Positions 40,043 to 46,466 of a stretch of DNA of 64,000 bases are shown here, piece by piece. The notes beneath the pieces were generated by a model, which saw only the letters and a list, made by a program, of their open reading frames with translations, was not told the DNA's origin and ran no database searches. The position numbers and the translations under genes are program-made. The stretch comes from Verrucomicrobiia bacterium (GTDB lineage Bacteria; Verrucomicrobiota; Verrucomicrobiia; Limisphaerales; UBA11358). The stretch covers positions 68,436-132,435 of the forward strand of contig DATLVR010000119.1 of assembly GCA_035577265.1 (NCBI GenBank). Direction: 5' to 3'. Each line of letters starts with the position of its first letter. Position 1 is the stretch's first letter.

Positions 40043-40468
40043 ACTTTGTGTATATCGAAATGGGCGCGGGCGGAATTTCAACCAGCTGCCGATAACCACT
40101 AAGCCGAAAAGCGTGTAGCACACGATAAAGACCCAAGACGGAGCCTCATAATACAGCTGTTTCTGCAACCAGTGCGCGATGAATGTGCCCCCATAAGTTG
40201 AGTCGCCAGCCTTTTCGCGCAGATGCATCTCCAAAGTGGTAAGGGGGCAGATGACGCCGAGCCAAGCTTGGACCACCACCAAACTGATACCGGCAAGATG
40301 CACCGCGCGAAACCACGGATTGCAAACCCACCGCCAACCGGCGAATCCACCGCAAAGTATTGCGAGTAAACCAACGGTTATAAACGAGACAAAGCTGACA
40401 TGTGTTATCAACACGAGATCAGCAAACGTGCGATATGCGCTGGCGCTCATTCTTGCCCAGTGTCTCAT
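40037..40468 (-). CDS. DUF2784-family membrane protein
   Basis: LITHVSFVSFITVGLLAI ... WLGVICPLTTLEMHLR matches the DUF2784 'CPLT..E..LR' pattern. The start is uncertain: 40528 (track), 40468 or 40450. Confidence 0.75.
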   Translation of the reverse strand: MRHWARMSASAYRTFADLVLITHVSFVSFITVGLLAILCGGFAGWRWVCNPWFRAVHLAGISLVVVQAWLGVICPLTTLEMHLREKAGDSTYGGTFIAHWLQKQLYYEAPSWVFIVCYTLFGLVVIGSWLKFRPRPFRYTQSA

Positions 40469-40584
40469 GTAATTTGTAGCGGTTCCAGCCGGAAATGAGA
40501 GCTCCGCCCTTGCACGTGGACCGGCCAAAAGTACAGTTTTACCCTCAACCTGAAGAGCCTAGACTTGCTGCCGAACCGATTACC

Positions 40585-40622
40585 CGGAAAACAACAAAGG
40601 CCATTCAATCAAGAATGGCCTT
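40585..40622 (-). terminator. Rho-independent terminator of 40644..40985
   Basis: Perfect 9-bp stem AAGGCCATT/AATGGCCTT (40597-40605 / 40614-40622) with an 8-nt loop. On the minus strand it is followed by TGTTGTTTTCC, and it lies 22 nt after the stop. Confidence 0.6.
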
Positions 40623-40643
40623 CGCTCTAAAATGTTCTGCAAA

Positions 40644-40985
40644 TCACTTCTTCGCAGCCTTGATCTTCGCCCATCTCGCCTTGGCCGCGGCACTAATCTT
40701 GGCTTTGGCCGCAGCACTCATCGTAAATTTCTTCTTAGCGGGTTTGGGAGCAGTCTTGGCCACAGGCTTACCGGCTTTGATTTTTGCCCAACGCAGTTTT
40801 TGAGCGGCTGCAATCCTGGCTTTTCCTGCTGCACTCATTCCACCCCTTTTAGCAGGTTTGGCTGTAGCAGTTGAAGCAGCCTTTGTTCCCATTAACTGAG
40901 CGAGCTCGTTTTCAAGGCCAGCAATCTTTTCTTTAAGATTAGCGGCTTGGCGTAATTGAGAAGCTGTTAAATTTATCATGTTCAT
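40644..40985 (-). CDS. Lys/Ala-rich small basic protein with a coiled-coil N-terminus and two 'MSAA.KA.I.AA.K.RWAKIKA' repeats (possibly nucleoid-associated)
   Basis: LTASQLRQAANLKEKIAGLENELAQL, then GGMSAAGKARIAAAQKLRWAKIKAGK and FTMSAAAKAKISAAAKARWAKIKAAKK. It has its own terminator. Confidence 0.75.
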   Translation of the reverse strand: MNMINLTASQLRQAANLKEKIAGLENELAQLMGTKAASTATAKPAKRGGMSAAGKARIAAAQKLRWAKIKAGKPVAKTAPKPAKKKFTMSAAAKAKISAAAKARWAKIKAAKK

Positions 40986-41191
40986 GTGGCTATTAAATGA
41001 AAGGAGATGGAGCTAGACAAGGGAAAAATGAGCGGTTGTGGGTCCGAACCAATCAAATCCAATCACTTTCTCAAGATCATTGCTCCCATCAATGTTCCCT
41101 CAAAAACATCAATTTTACCAGCGGGCCTCAGCCTGCTGATGTGATTTGTGAAAGTTGAAAAATGAATTAATCTAAAAATGGAGACACCCGT

Positions 41192-41557
41192 ATGAAAACA
41201 ATCACATCTCGATTCTTGATATGGACTCCGAGGATTCTTTGCCTGGTCTTTGCCGGCTTCATCAGCATGTTCGCGTTGGACGTTTTTCAAGCATCCCACG
41301 GTTTCTGGAACATCGTCCTCGCACTGCTGATACATCTCATACCAACGGGCATCCTGTTGATCATCTTAGCGGCGTCCTGGCGTTGGGAATGGATCGCCGG
41401 CATACTGTTCCCAGCGCTGGGTGCATTTTACATCTTCGCCTTCTGGGGTAGGTTCCACTGGCCGGTTTATCTGGTTATTGCGGGACCGCTGTTCCTGGTC
41501 GGTGCGCTATTTTGGCTGAGCTGGAATATTCGGAGACAGAACTTCGTGAAGACCTGA
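41192..41557 (+). CDS. Membrane protein (121 aa, ~4 TM segments)
   Basis: Four hydrophobic segments (ILCLVFAGFISMFAL, IVLALLIHLIPTGILLIILA, IAGILFPALGAFYIFAF, VYLVIAGPLFLVGALFWL). Confidence 0.7.
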   Translation: MKTITSRFLIWTPRILCLVFAGFISMFALDVFQASHGFWNIVLALLIHLIPTGILLIILAASWRWEWIAGILFPALGAFYIFAFWGRFHWPVYLVIAGPLFLVGALFWLSWNIRRQNFVKT

Positions 41558-41583
41558 CAACTGACGGCTCATAAGAGCGAGTC

Positions 41584-42093
41584 ATGAATGCACATTTCAT
41601 AGTTGGTGCGGTCGTCGTCATAGTTGTGCTGGCATTTGGAGTGTTTTTCCGCCGTCTCTACAAGCGGATTGCCCGGCGGTGTCGCAAGAAGGACTGTGGA
41701 CGCACGGACGTGAAGCGGGTCTCCAAGATATTACTTCCGCCCGATGAATTCGTATCTGCCCGCAGTCCGCAAGGCAAGTGGCGCTGGTTCATCCGGCGCC
41801 CCATCAAACTGACGTTTACCGTCTGTAAATGTGGCTGGATCGAGCTCGTGAAAATCGACACCGATCCCATTTCGTTGTGGCACGCTCTTTGGGTAACGTG
41901 GTTCCATCGGGAACAATATCATCTCGAAGACCCGCCGCTTATCGAAGCAGCTCAACGGAAACTTCGGCAGCTATACCTAGGAGGCAAACATTCCAGCCTT
42001 GACCCGCAAGCCAGCGATACACCACCTCTCTCCTTGAGATCTTTGTTCCGAGATTATTACCGGGAAATTTCTGAAGCGATTGAAAATAAATGA
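41584..42093 (+). CDS. Hypothetical protein with an N-terminal TM anchor
   Basis: MNAHFIVGAVVVIVVLAFGVFF, then a basic stretch. No family was recognised. Confidence 0.55.
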   Translation: MNAHFIVGAVVVIVVLAFGVFFRRLYKRIARRCRKKDCGRTDVKRVSKILLPPDEFVSARSPQGKWRWFIRRPIKLTFTVCKCGWIELVKIDTDPISLWHALWVTWFHREQYHLEDPPLIEAAQRKLRQLYLGGKHSSLDPQASDTPPLSLRSLFRDYYREISEAIENK

Positions 42094-42170
42094 AGCAGGT
42101 TTGACCTGACCCCGAAAAGATGGACGTGACAAAGGTGGAGTTCTGCTGCGAAAAGAAAGGCAGCAGAACT

Positions 42171-42248
42171 ATGAAGCAGAGCAAATTCAGCGAAGAGCAG
42201 ATCATCGGGATTCATTGCGGGCTTTACCGAAACGGCGCGCTGGTGTAA
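42171..42248 (+). pseudogene. Remnant of an IS3-family transposase OrfA (first ~14 codons only)
   Basis: MKQSKFSEEQIIGI matches the usual start of IS3-family OrfA (MK.SRFSEEQIIG.L...). It diverges afterwards and stops after 25 codons. A perfect 10-bp hairpin GTTCTGCTGC/GCAGCAGAAC lies at 42140-42169, just upstream. Confidence 0.35.
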
Positions 42249-42257
42249 CAGTGGATC

Positions 42258-42448
42258 ATGCAAAGCATCCGCTATGTGTATTGGCAGGATGGTGACGAGT
42301 GGCTTGGTCATCTGGAGGATATCCCGACTACCTGACACAGGGTGAATCGCTGGCCGACCTGGAAGAACATCTCCGCGACCTTCTCAATGACCTGTCCAGC
42401 GGCGTCATCCCCTGCGTGCGCAAACTGGGTGAACTTCAGGTCGCGTGA
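42258..42448 (+). pseudogene. hicB: HicB-like antitoxin with a frameshift
   Basis: MQSIRYVYWQDGDEWLGHLEDIPTT* in frame 0. It continues in the next frame as DYLTQGESLADLEEHLRDLLNDLSSGVIPCVRKLGELQVA*. The join GAGGATATCCCGAC looks like GAGGATTATCCCGAC minus one T (about 42319-42325). Confidence 0.6.
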
Positions 42449-42626
42449 AGCAGGTCACCCTCATTCAGGAACTCACACAGATGGGTTGCGTGTTCCTCCG
42501 GCACGCGGCAAGCATGACTGGTATCAAAACCCCCGCACCAAAATGTGCCAGCCGATTCCACGTCATCGCGAGATCAAAGAATAGCTTGCGCGTTCCGTCA
42601 TCAAAAAATTGAGTGATCCGGTTTGA
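42445..42626 (+). pseudogene. hicA: HicA-like toxin with a frameshift and an in-frame TAG
   Basis: The GTG overlaps the hicB stop (GTGA). VKQVTLIQELTQMGCVFLRH is followed by a shift near 42504-42508 (CACGCGGCAAG versus the expected CACGGCGGCAAG), then GKHDWYQNPRTKMCQPIPRHREIKE. A TAG at 42582 is followed by LARSVIKKLSDPV*, which is the usual HicA tail. Confidence 0.6.
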
Positions 42627-42713
42627 TTTGTTTCTCTGTGCCTTTGCGTCTCTGCGGCAAAATAAAACCGTTGAACCCAGAAACCTTCACGCTCATCACC
42701 GGTGCGGCGGGCG
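42625..42713 (+). repeat. Copy A of an ~88-nt imperfect direct repeat (relic of the lpxB 5' end and leader)
   Basis: GATTTGTTTCTCTGTGCCTTTGCGTCTCTGCGGC...GAACCCAGAAACCTTCACGCTCATCACCGGTGCGGCGGGCGG aligns with 43114-43199. The lpxB ATG is ACG here. Confidence 0.6.
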
Positions 42714-42750
42714 GCTTTACTAATCGGCAGAACGGGTGTAAAACATAGCC

Positions 42751-43008
42751 ATGAGCATCACGCTCGACCTTCCGGACAACATCCACGAGGCGTTGCACGT
42801 CACGCCCGCCGAGACCGAACCGCGCCTCAAGCTGGAACTGGCCGTGGCGCTTTACGCGCAACACGCCTTAAGCCAGGGCAAAGCTGCCGAACTGGCGGGC
42901 ATGGACTGGTTTGATTTCAACGACGTGCCGGCAGCGCGTGGCATACCGATGCACTACGGTCAAAAGGAACTCGACGAAGACCTCGCGTATGCCCGCAGTC
43001 GTCAGTGA
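42751..43008 (+). CDS. UPF0175-family antitoxin
   Basis: ETEPRLKLELAVALYAQHALSQGKAAELAGMDWFDFNDVPAARGIPMHYGQKELDEDL matches the UPF0175 pattern. It overlaps the downstream PIN-like ORF by 20 nt. Confidence 0.8.
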   Translation: MSITLDLPDNIHEALHVTPAETEPRLKLELAVALYAQHALSQGKAAELAGMDWFDFNDVPAARGIPMHYGQKELDEDLAYARSRQ

Positions 43009-43159
43009 CACTTCGGTCATCAATTATCTCGCCGCCCTCGGTCAGGCGGAACTTTTCACAGCCAAAGAATTTAACGCCAAGACGCCAAGATGCAGAGACG
43101 CCAAGATGAAAATGATTTGCTTTGCGCCTTTGCGTCTTTGCATTGAAATGATTGAGTGA
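42989..43159 (+). pseudogene. Truncated DUF3368/PIN-like toxin
   Basis: MPAVVSDTSVINYLAALGQAELF matches the DUF3368 N-terminus (VVSDTSPLI.L...G.L.LL). After ~22 codons the frame runs into a palindromic element (43076-43141) and stops. Full-length family members are ~150 aa. Confidence 0.55.
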
Positions 43160-43199
43160 AACCGAAAACCTTCATGCTCATCGCCGGGGAGGCGAGCGG
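43114..43199 (+). repeat. Copy B of the ~88-nt direct repeat (functional lpxB leader and first codons)
   Basis: See copy A. Copy B contains the lpxB start codons. Confidence 0.6.
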
Positions 43200-44412
43200 G
43201 GATTTGCTCGCGGCGGAACTGGTTTCCGCGCTGCGCGAGAAGCTTCCATCCTCCATCCTTGATTCTCCATCCTCGCCGGCCTTCTTCGGCGCGGGCGGCG
43301 CGAAGATGTCCGCCGCCGGCGTGGATCTGGCCTTTGACCTGACGCAGCACTCGGTCATCGGCCTCACAGACGTGCTGAAAAATATTTTGAAGTTTCGCCG
43401 GCTATTCAATGAACTGCTCGCGCTGGCGATTGAGCGCAAGCCGGACGTGGTCGTCGGCGTGGATTATGGTGGGTTCAACCTGCGCTTCGGCCAGGCGGTC
43501 AAAGCCTATGTCCGCGACAATCCGTTTGTGAACTGGAATCCGAAAATCGTGCAGTTCGTCTCGCCGCAGGTCTGGGCGTCGCGCCCGGGTCGCGCCAGGA
43601 AGCTGGCCCGCGATTACGACCTGCTCCTGAGCATTTTCCCGTTCGAGAAGGCCTGGTATGCCCAACGCGTCCCCCAATTGCGCGTGGAATTTGTCGGGCA
43701 TCCCATGATCGGGAGATTTGCGCATGACGATTTACTTTCGACGCGACGCGCATCTGGAGTTCGTAGCAGCCGAGGTGACGAGGCTCAAATCCGAAATCCG
43801 AAATCCGAAATCCGAAATCAGTCAGAGCCTCCTCACGTCGTCTCCTGCGAATCGAAAATTTTATTGCTACCCGGCAGCCGTAAGAGTGAATTGCAGCGGC
43901 ATTTGCCGGTGATGCTCGACGCGCTGAAGGCGATCCGTGAAAAACTACCGACGGCAAGGGCGAAAATGGTTTTGCCGAATCCGTCGCTGGTGCAGCTCGC
44001 GAAATCACTCGGGGCGACCCTGGAAATCCAAATCGGCGAGCTGCCTTGGGCCCTGGCGGAGTCGGATGTCGCCATCGCCTCGACGGGCACGGTGACGATG
44101 GAGTGCGCATTCTTCGGCGTGCCGACGGTGACGCTCTACAAAACCTCGTGGCTCACCTATCAGATCGCCCGGCGCATCATCACCGTGAAATCGCTCACGA
44201 TGCCAAACTTGCTGGCGGGCGAGACGGTTTATCCGGAATTTGTCCAGAAAGACGCCACACCGGAAAATCTTTCGCGCGCCGTGCTGGAATTGTTGCAGGA
44301 CGAAGCGCGCCGGACTGAAATCAAAGCTCAACTAAAAAAAATCATTGCCTCGCTCGGCGAACCCGGCGCGGCGGGACGTGCGGCGGAGGCGATTTTACAT
44401 TTGTTCAAATGA
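43156..44412 (+). CDS. lpxB: Lipid-A-disaccharide synthase
   Basis: MLIAGEASGDLLAAELVSALRE, VGVDYGGFNL, FVSPQVWASRPGR, FPFE, FVGHPM, LLPGSRKSEL and ASTGTVTMECAFFGVPTV are LpxB hallmarks. The start is GTG at 43156 or ATG at 43174. There is a ~25-aa extra segment between FVGHPM and LLPGSR. Confidence 0.9.
   Translation: MKPKTFMLIAGEASGDLLAAELVSALREKLPSSILDSPSSPAFFGAGGAKMSAAGVDLAFDLTQHSVIGLTDVLKNILKFRRLFNELLALAIERKPDVVVGVDYGGFNLRFGQAVKAYVRDNPFVNWNPKIVQFVSPQVWASRPGRARKLARDYDLLLSIFPFEKAWYAQRVPQLRVEFVGHPMIGRFAHDDLLSTRRASGVRSSRGDEAQIRNPKSEIRNQSEPPHVVSCESKILLLPGSRKSELQRHLPVMLDALKAIREKLPTARAKMVLPNPSLVQLAKSLGATLEIQIGELPWALAESDVAIASTGTVTMECAFFGVPTVTLYKTSWLTYQIARRIITVKSLTMPNLLAGETVYPEFVQKDATPENLSRAVLELLQDEARRTEIKAQLKKIIASLGEPGAAGRAAEAILHLFK
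43770..43840. repeat. Hairpin plus AAATCCG heptamer array inserted in frame in lpxB
   Basis: The stems CCGAGGTGACGAGGCTC (43770-43786) and GAGCCTCCTCACGTCG (43825-43840) are 14/16 complementary. They flank four perfect AAATCCG units (43787-43814) plus a partial unit. The translation is ...RGDEAQIRNPKSEIRNQSEPPHVV... Confidence 0.8.
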
Positions 44413-44428
44413 CAATTTCGCCCAATGA

Positions 44429-44493
44429 CGTAGCGGCTCGTCGGCAGACAGCCGCATTTTGGATTTGCGGCGCTCTGCCGAGACGCCGCTACG
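44429..44493. repeat. Long imperfect palindrome downstream of lpxB (terminator or REP-like)
   Basis: CGTAGCGGCTCGTCGGCAGACAGCCGC (44429-44455) and GCGGCGCTCTGCCGAGACGCCGCTACG (44467-44493) match at about 22 of 27 positions. The loop is ATTTTGGATTT. Confidence 0.6.
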
Positions 44494-44497
44494 ATAA

Positions 44498-44767
44498 ATG
44501 GAGGATTTCGCTATGAAAGACCTGTCGAATCCGTTTTGGATCAAATTGAAGGGGCTGCTCTTCCTGTTCATCGGGATTGTCGCCGTCGTTTTGCTTTTCC
44601 TCGGCAGTCCGACGTGGAACACCGCCGTGTTGCTGGCCGTGGCGGTGTGGAGTTTCTGCCGGGCTTACTATTTCGCGTTCTACGTCATCGAGAAATACGT
44701 GGACCCAAGCTACAAATTCTCCGGGCTGATTTCCTTCGCGCGCTATTTCTTCAGCCGACGGAAGTGA
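44498..44767 (+). CDS. Small membrane protein (89 aa)
   Basis: Two or three TM segments (LKGLLFLFIGIVAVVLLFL, AVLLAVAVWSFCRAYYFAFYVI). An alternative ATG lies at 44513. The 3' end overlaps the convergent transglutaminase gene. Confidence 0.6.
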   Translation: MEDFAMKDLSNPFWIKLKGLLFLFIGIVAVVLLFLGSPTWNTAVLLAVAVWSFCRAYYFAFYVIEKYVDPSYKFSGLISFARYFFSRRK

Positions 44768-45581
44768 TTTTGACCTCGACCTCCATGGTGCGTTCGAGCG
44801 TGCCGCGGTAGTTGCCGCTGATGGGCGACACGTCGGCATAATCGCGTCCGTGCCCGATCTTCACATAGGTTTCGTCCACCTGACGGTTGTGCGTGGGGTC
44901 GAACGCACGCCAGCCGACGCCGGGGATGAACGCCTCCACCCAGGCGTGCGTGGCGCTGGCGGTTTCCGTGGCCAGATAACCGCTGATATAGCGCGCGGGA
45001 ATCTTCACGCTGCGGCACAAGCCGATCATCAGATGCGCGAAATCCTGGCAGACGCCGCGCCGGTCCTGGATGACGGTGCTCATGTGCGTGTGGACGTGGG
45101 TGGAGTTGGCTTCGTATTTCAGAAATCCGCTGATGAACCGCATGATGGCGAGCACGGCCTGCCAAACGTCGGTCTGGCCGTCGGTCGCATCCAGCGCGAG
45201 TCGCCACGCGTCGGCCTCCATTTCGATGAACCGGCTCGACTGCAAATAATCAAAACACCGCTCGATGTTGGCAACTTCGCCGATTTTGGCGAGCGGACAC
45301 AGCATCGCATCGTCGGGGATGGCCGATGGCCAATGGGTGATGACGCGCGACTGGCTTTCGATGAGCAGATAGCCATGCGGTTCGGGAATCTCGAAGTGGT
45401 GAACCCAGTTGGAATAAAAATCCGTGTAATGCTTCATGCGCACCGCGGGCAGCACGCGCAGCAGAAAGGATTCGACGGTCTGCTCGGGAATCGAAGGTGG
45501 CTCAAGCCGGACGTCATTGAAGCTGTCGCGGACGGGCGACGCATAGACGTAACGGGTGCGATGCAGAATATCGAATTTCAT
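44751..45581 (-). CDS. Transglutaminase-like family protein (COG1305-type)
   Basis: The N-terminal Bact_transglu_N-like region starts MKFDILHRTRYVYASPV. The core RGVCQDFAHLMIGLCRSVKIPARYISGY...HAWVEAF...FDPT gives a Cys-His-Asp triad. Confidence 0.9.
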   Translation of the reverse strand: MKFDILHRTRYVYASPVRDSFNDVRLEPPSIPEQTVESFLLRVLPAVRMKHYTDFYSNWVHHFEIPEPHGYLLIESQSRVITHWPSAIPDDAMLCPLAKIGEVANIERCFDYLQSSRFIEMEADAWRLALDATDGQTDVWQAVLAIMRFISGFLKYEANSTHVHTHMSTVIQDRRGVCQDFAHLMIGLCRSVKIPARYISGYLATETASATHAWVEAFIPGVGWRAFDPTHNRQVDETYVKIGHGRDYADVSPISGNYRGTLERTMEVEVKITSVG

Positions 45582-46466
45582 TCAAACAGTTTCGGCCAAT
45601 GGTTCCACGTCCACCGAGACTTTGACAACGTGCTTGCCGCCGCCGGTCAGAATACCGGCCACCGGGCTCACATCACCAAAGTCGCGGCCGAAGGCGACCA
45701 CGATATGTTCCTCGCCGGGCTGCACATTGTTCGTCGGGTCAAAATCCGTCCAGCCGATACCCGGACAGAAAATCCGGAACCACGCGTGCGAGGCATCCGC
45801 GCCTACGAGCCGGGGTTTGCCTTCGGGCGGACGGGTGCGCAGATAGCCGCTCACGTAACGCGCGGGCAAGCCGAGCGAGCGCAGGCAGGCGATGCCGAGA
45901 TGCGCGAAGTCCTGGCAGACGCCGCGCCGCTTCTCCCAGACTTCCTCCAACGGGGTCGCGACGGTAGTGGCCTTGGGATCAAATTTGAAATCTTCAAAAA
46001 TGCGCCGCGTCAGATCCCGCGCGCCGGCCAGCAGCGGCGTGTCCTTGCCGAAACTTTCGCGGGCGTAATCGGCCAGTTCGAACGAGGCGCGCACCTGCGG
46101 CGAGTCAAAAATGAATTGATACGGATCGACCACCTCCGGCGAAACCGGATCGCGGAACATCTGGGCGGCGACTTCCCACGCCGGGGAGGATTCCGGCGCG
46201 GGCGGCTTTTTTGCGGTCACGGTCACGCGGCTGTGCGTGATGATTTCAAGTTTGCTGTGAACCTCCTGCACGCTGAACACGCAAAGCCGGTTGCCGAAAT
46301 AATCCGCGCGCGCCTTGCGGAGCGCGGGTTCGGGAAAAATCTTCAGGGAGAAATTTTCCAACGTCTGCGTGGCCATGCTGCACGGTTCGAGCCGCGCCAC
46401 ATGGTGCGACATCGTGACCGGTGCAGAGTATTCGTAAACGGTGCGATGGGTGATGCTGTAGTTCAT
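45582..46466 (-). CDS. Transglutaminase-like family protein (second copy)
   Basis: MNYSITHRTVYEYSAPV... RGVCQDFAHLGIACLRSLGLPARYVSGY...HAWFRIF...FDPT. It abuts the downstream gene with no gap and overlaps the upstream gene by 4 nt. Confidence 0.9.
   Translation of the reverse strand: MNYSITHRTVYEYSAPVTMSHHVARLEPCSMATQTLENFSLKIFPEPALRKARADYFGNRLCVFSVQEVHSKLEIITHSRVTVTAKKPPAPESSPAWEVAAQMFRDPVSPEVVDPYQFIFDSPQVRASFELADYARESFGKDTPLLAGARDLTRRIFEDFKFDPKATTVATPLEEVWEKRRGVCQDFAHLGIACLRSLGLPARYVSGYLRTRPPEGKPRLVGADASHAWFRIFCPGIGWTDFDPTNNVQPGEEHIVVAFGRDFGDVSPVAGILTGGGKHVVKVSVDVEPLAETV

Larger units (their letters stand above)
37864..40530 (-). mobile_element. Candidate integron-type cassette array with no integrase in the window (CALIN-like): four or more cassette-like units
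   Basis: Small same-strand ORFs are each followed by a ~95-nt structured repeat ending in a GTTRRRY-like core. The unit-start hexamer is complementary to the unit's own 3' repeat start. The patch is visibly more AT-rich than its flanks. Details are in the findings. Confidence 0.45.

Noticed and set aside
42342-42584. 80-aa ORF in the track
   Set aside because: It is a chimera of out-of-frame hicB sequence and the distal part of hicA. It is better explained as two frameshifted pseudogenes.
40530-43200. Search for an integron integrase or other tyrosine recombinase next to the cassette-like array
   Set aside because: No ORF in either strand shows R..H..R..Y-type recombinase motifs or a suitable length. 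The array is therefore reported as integrase-less within this window.
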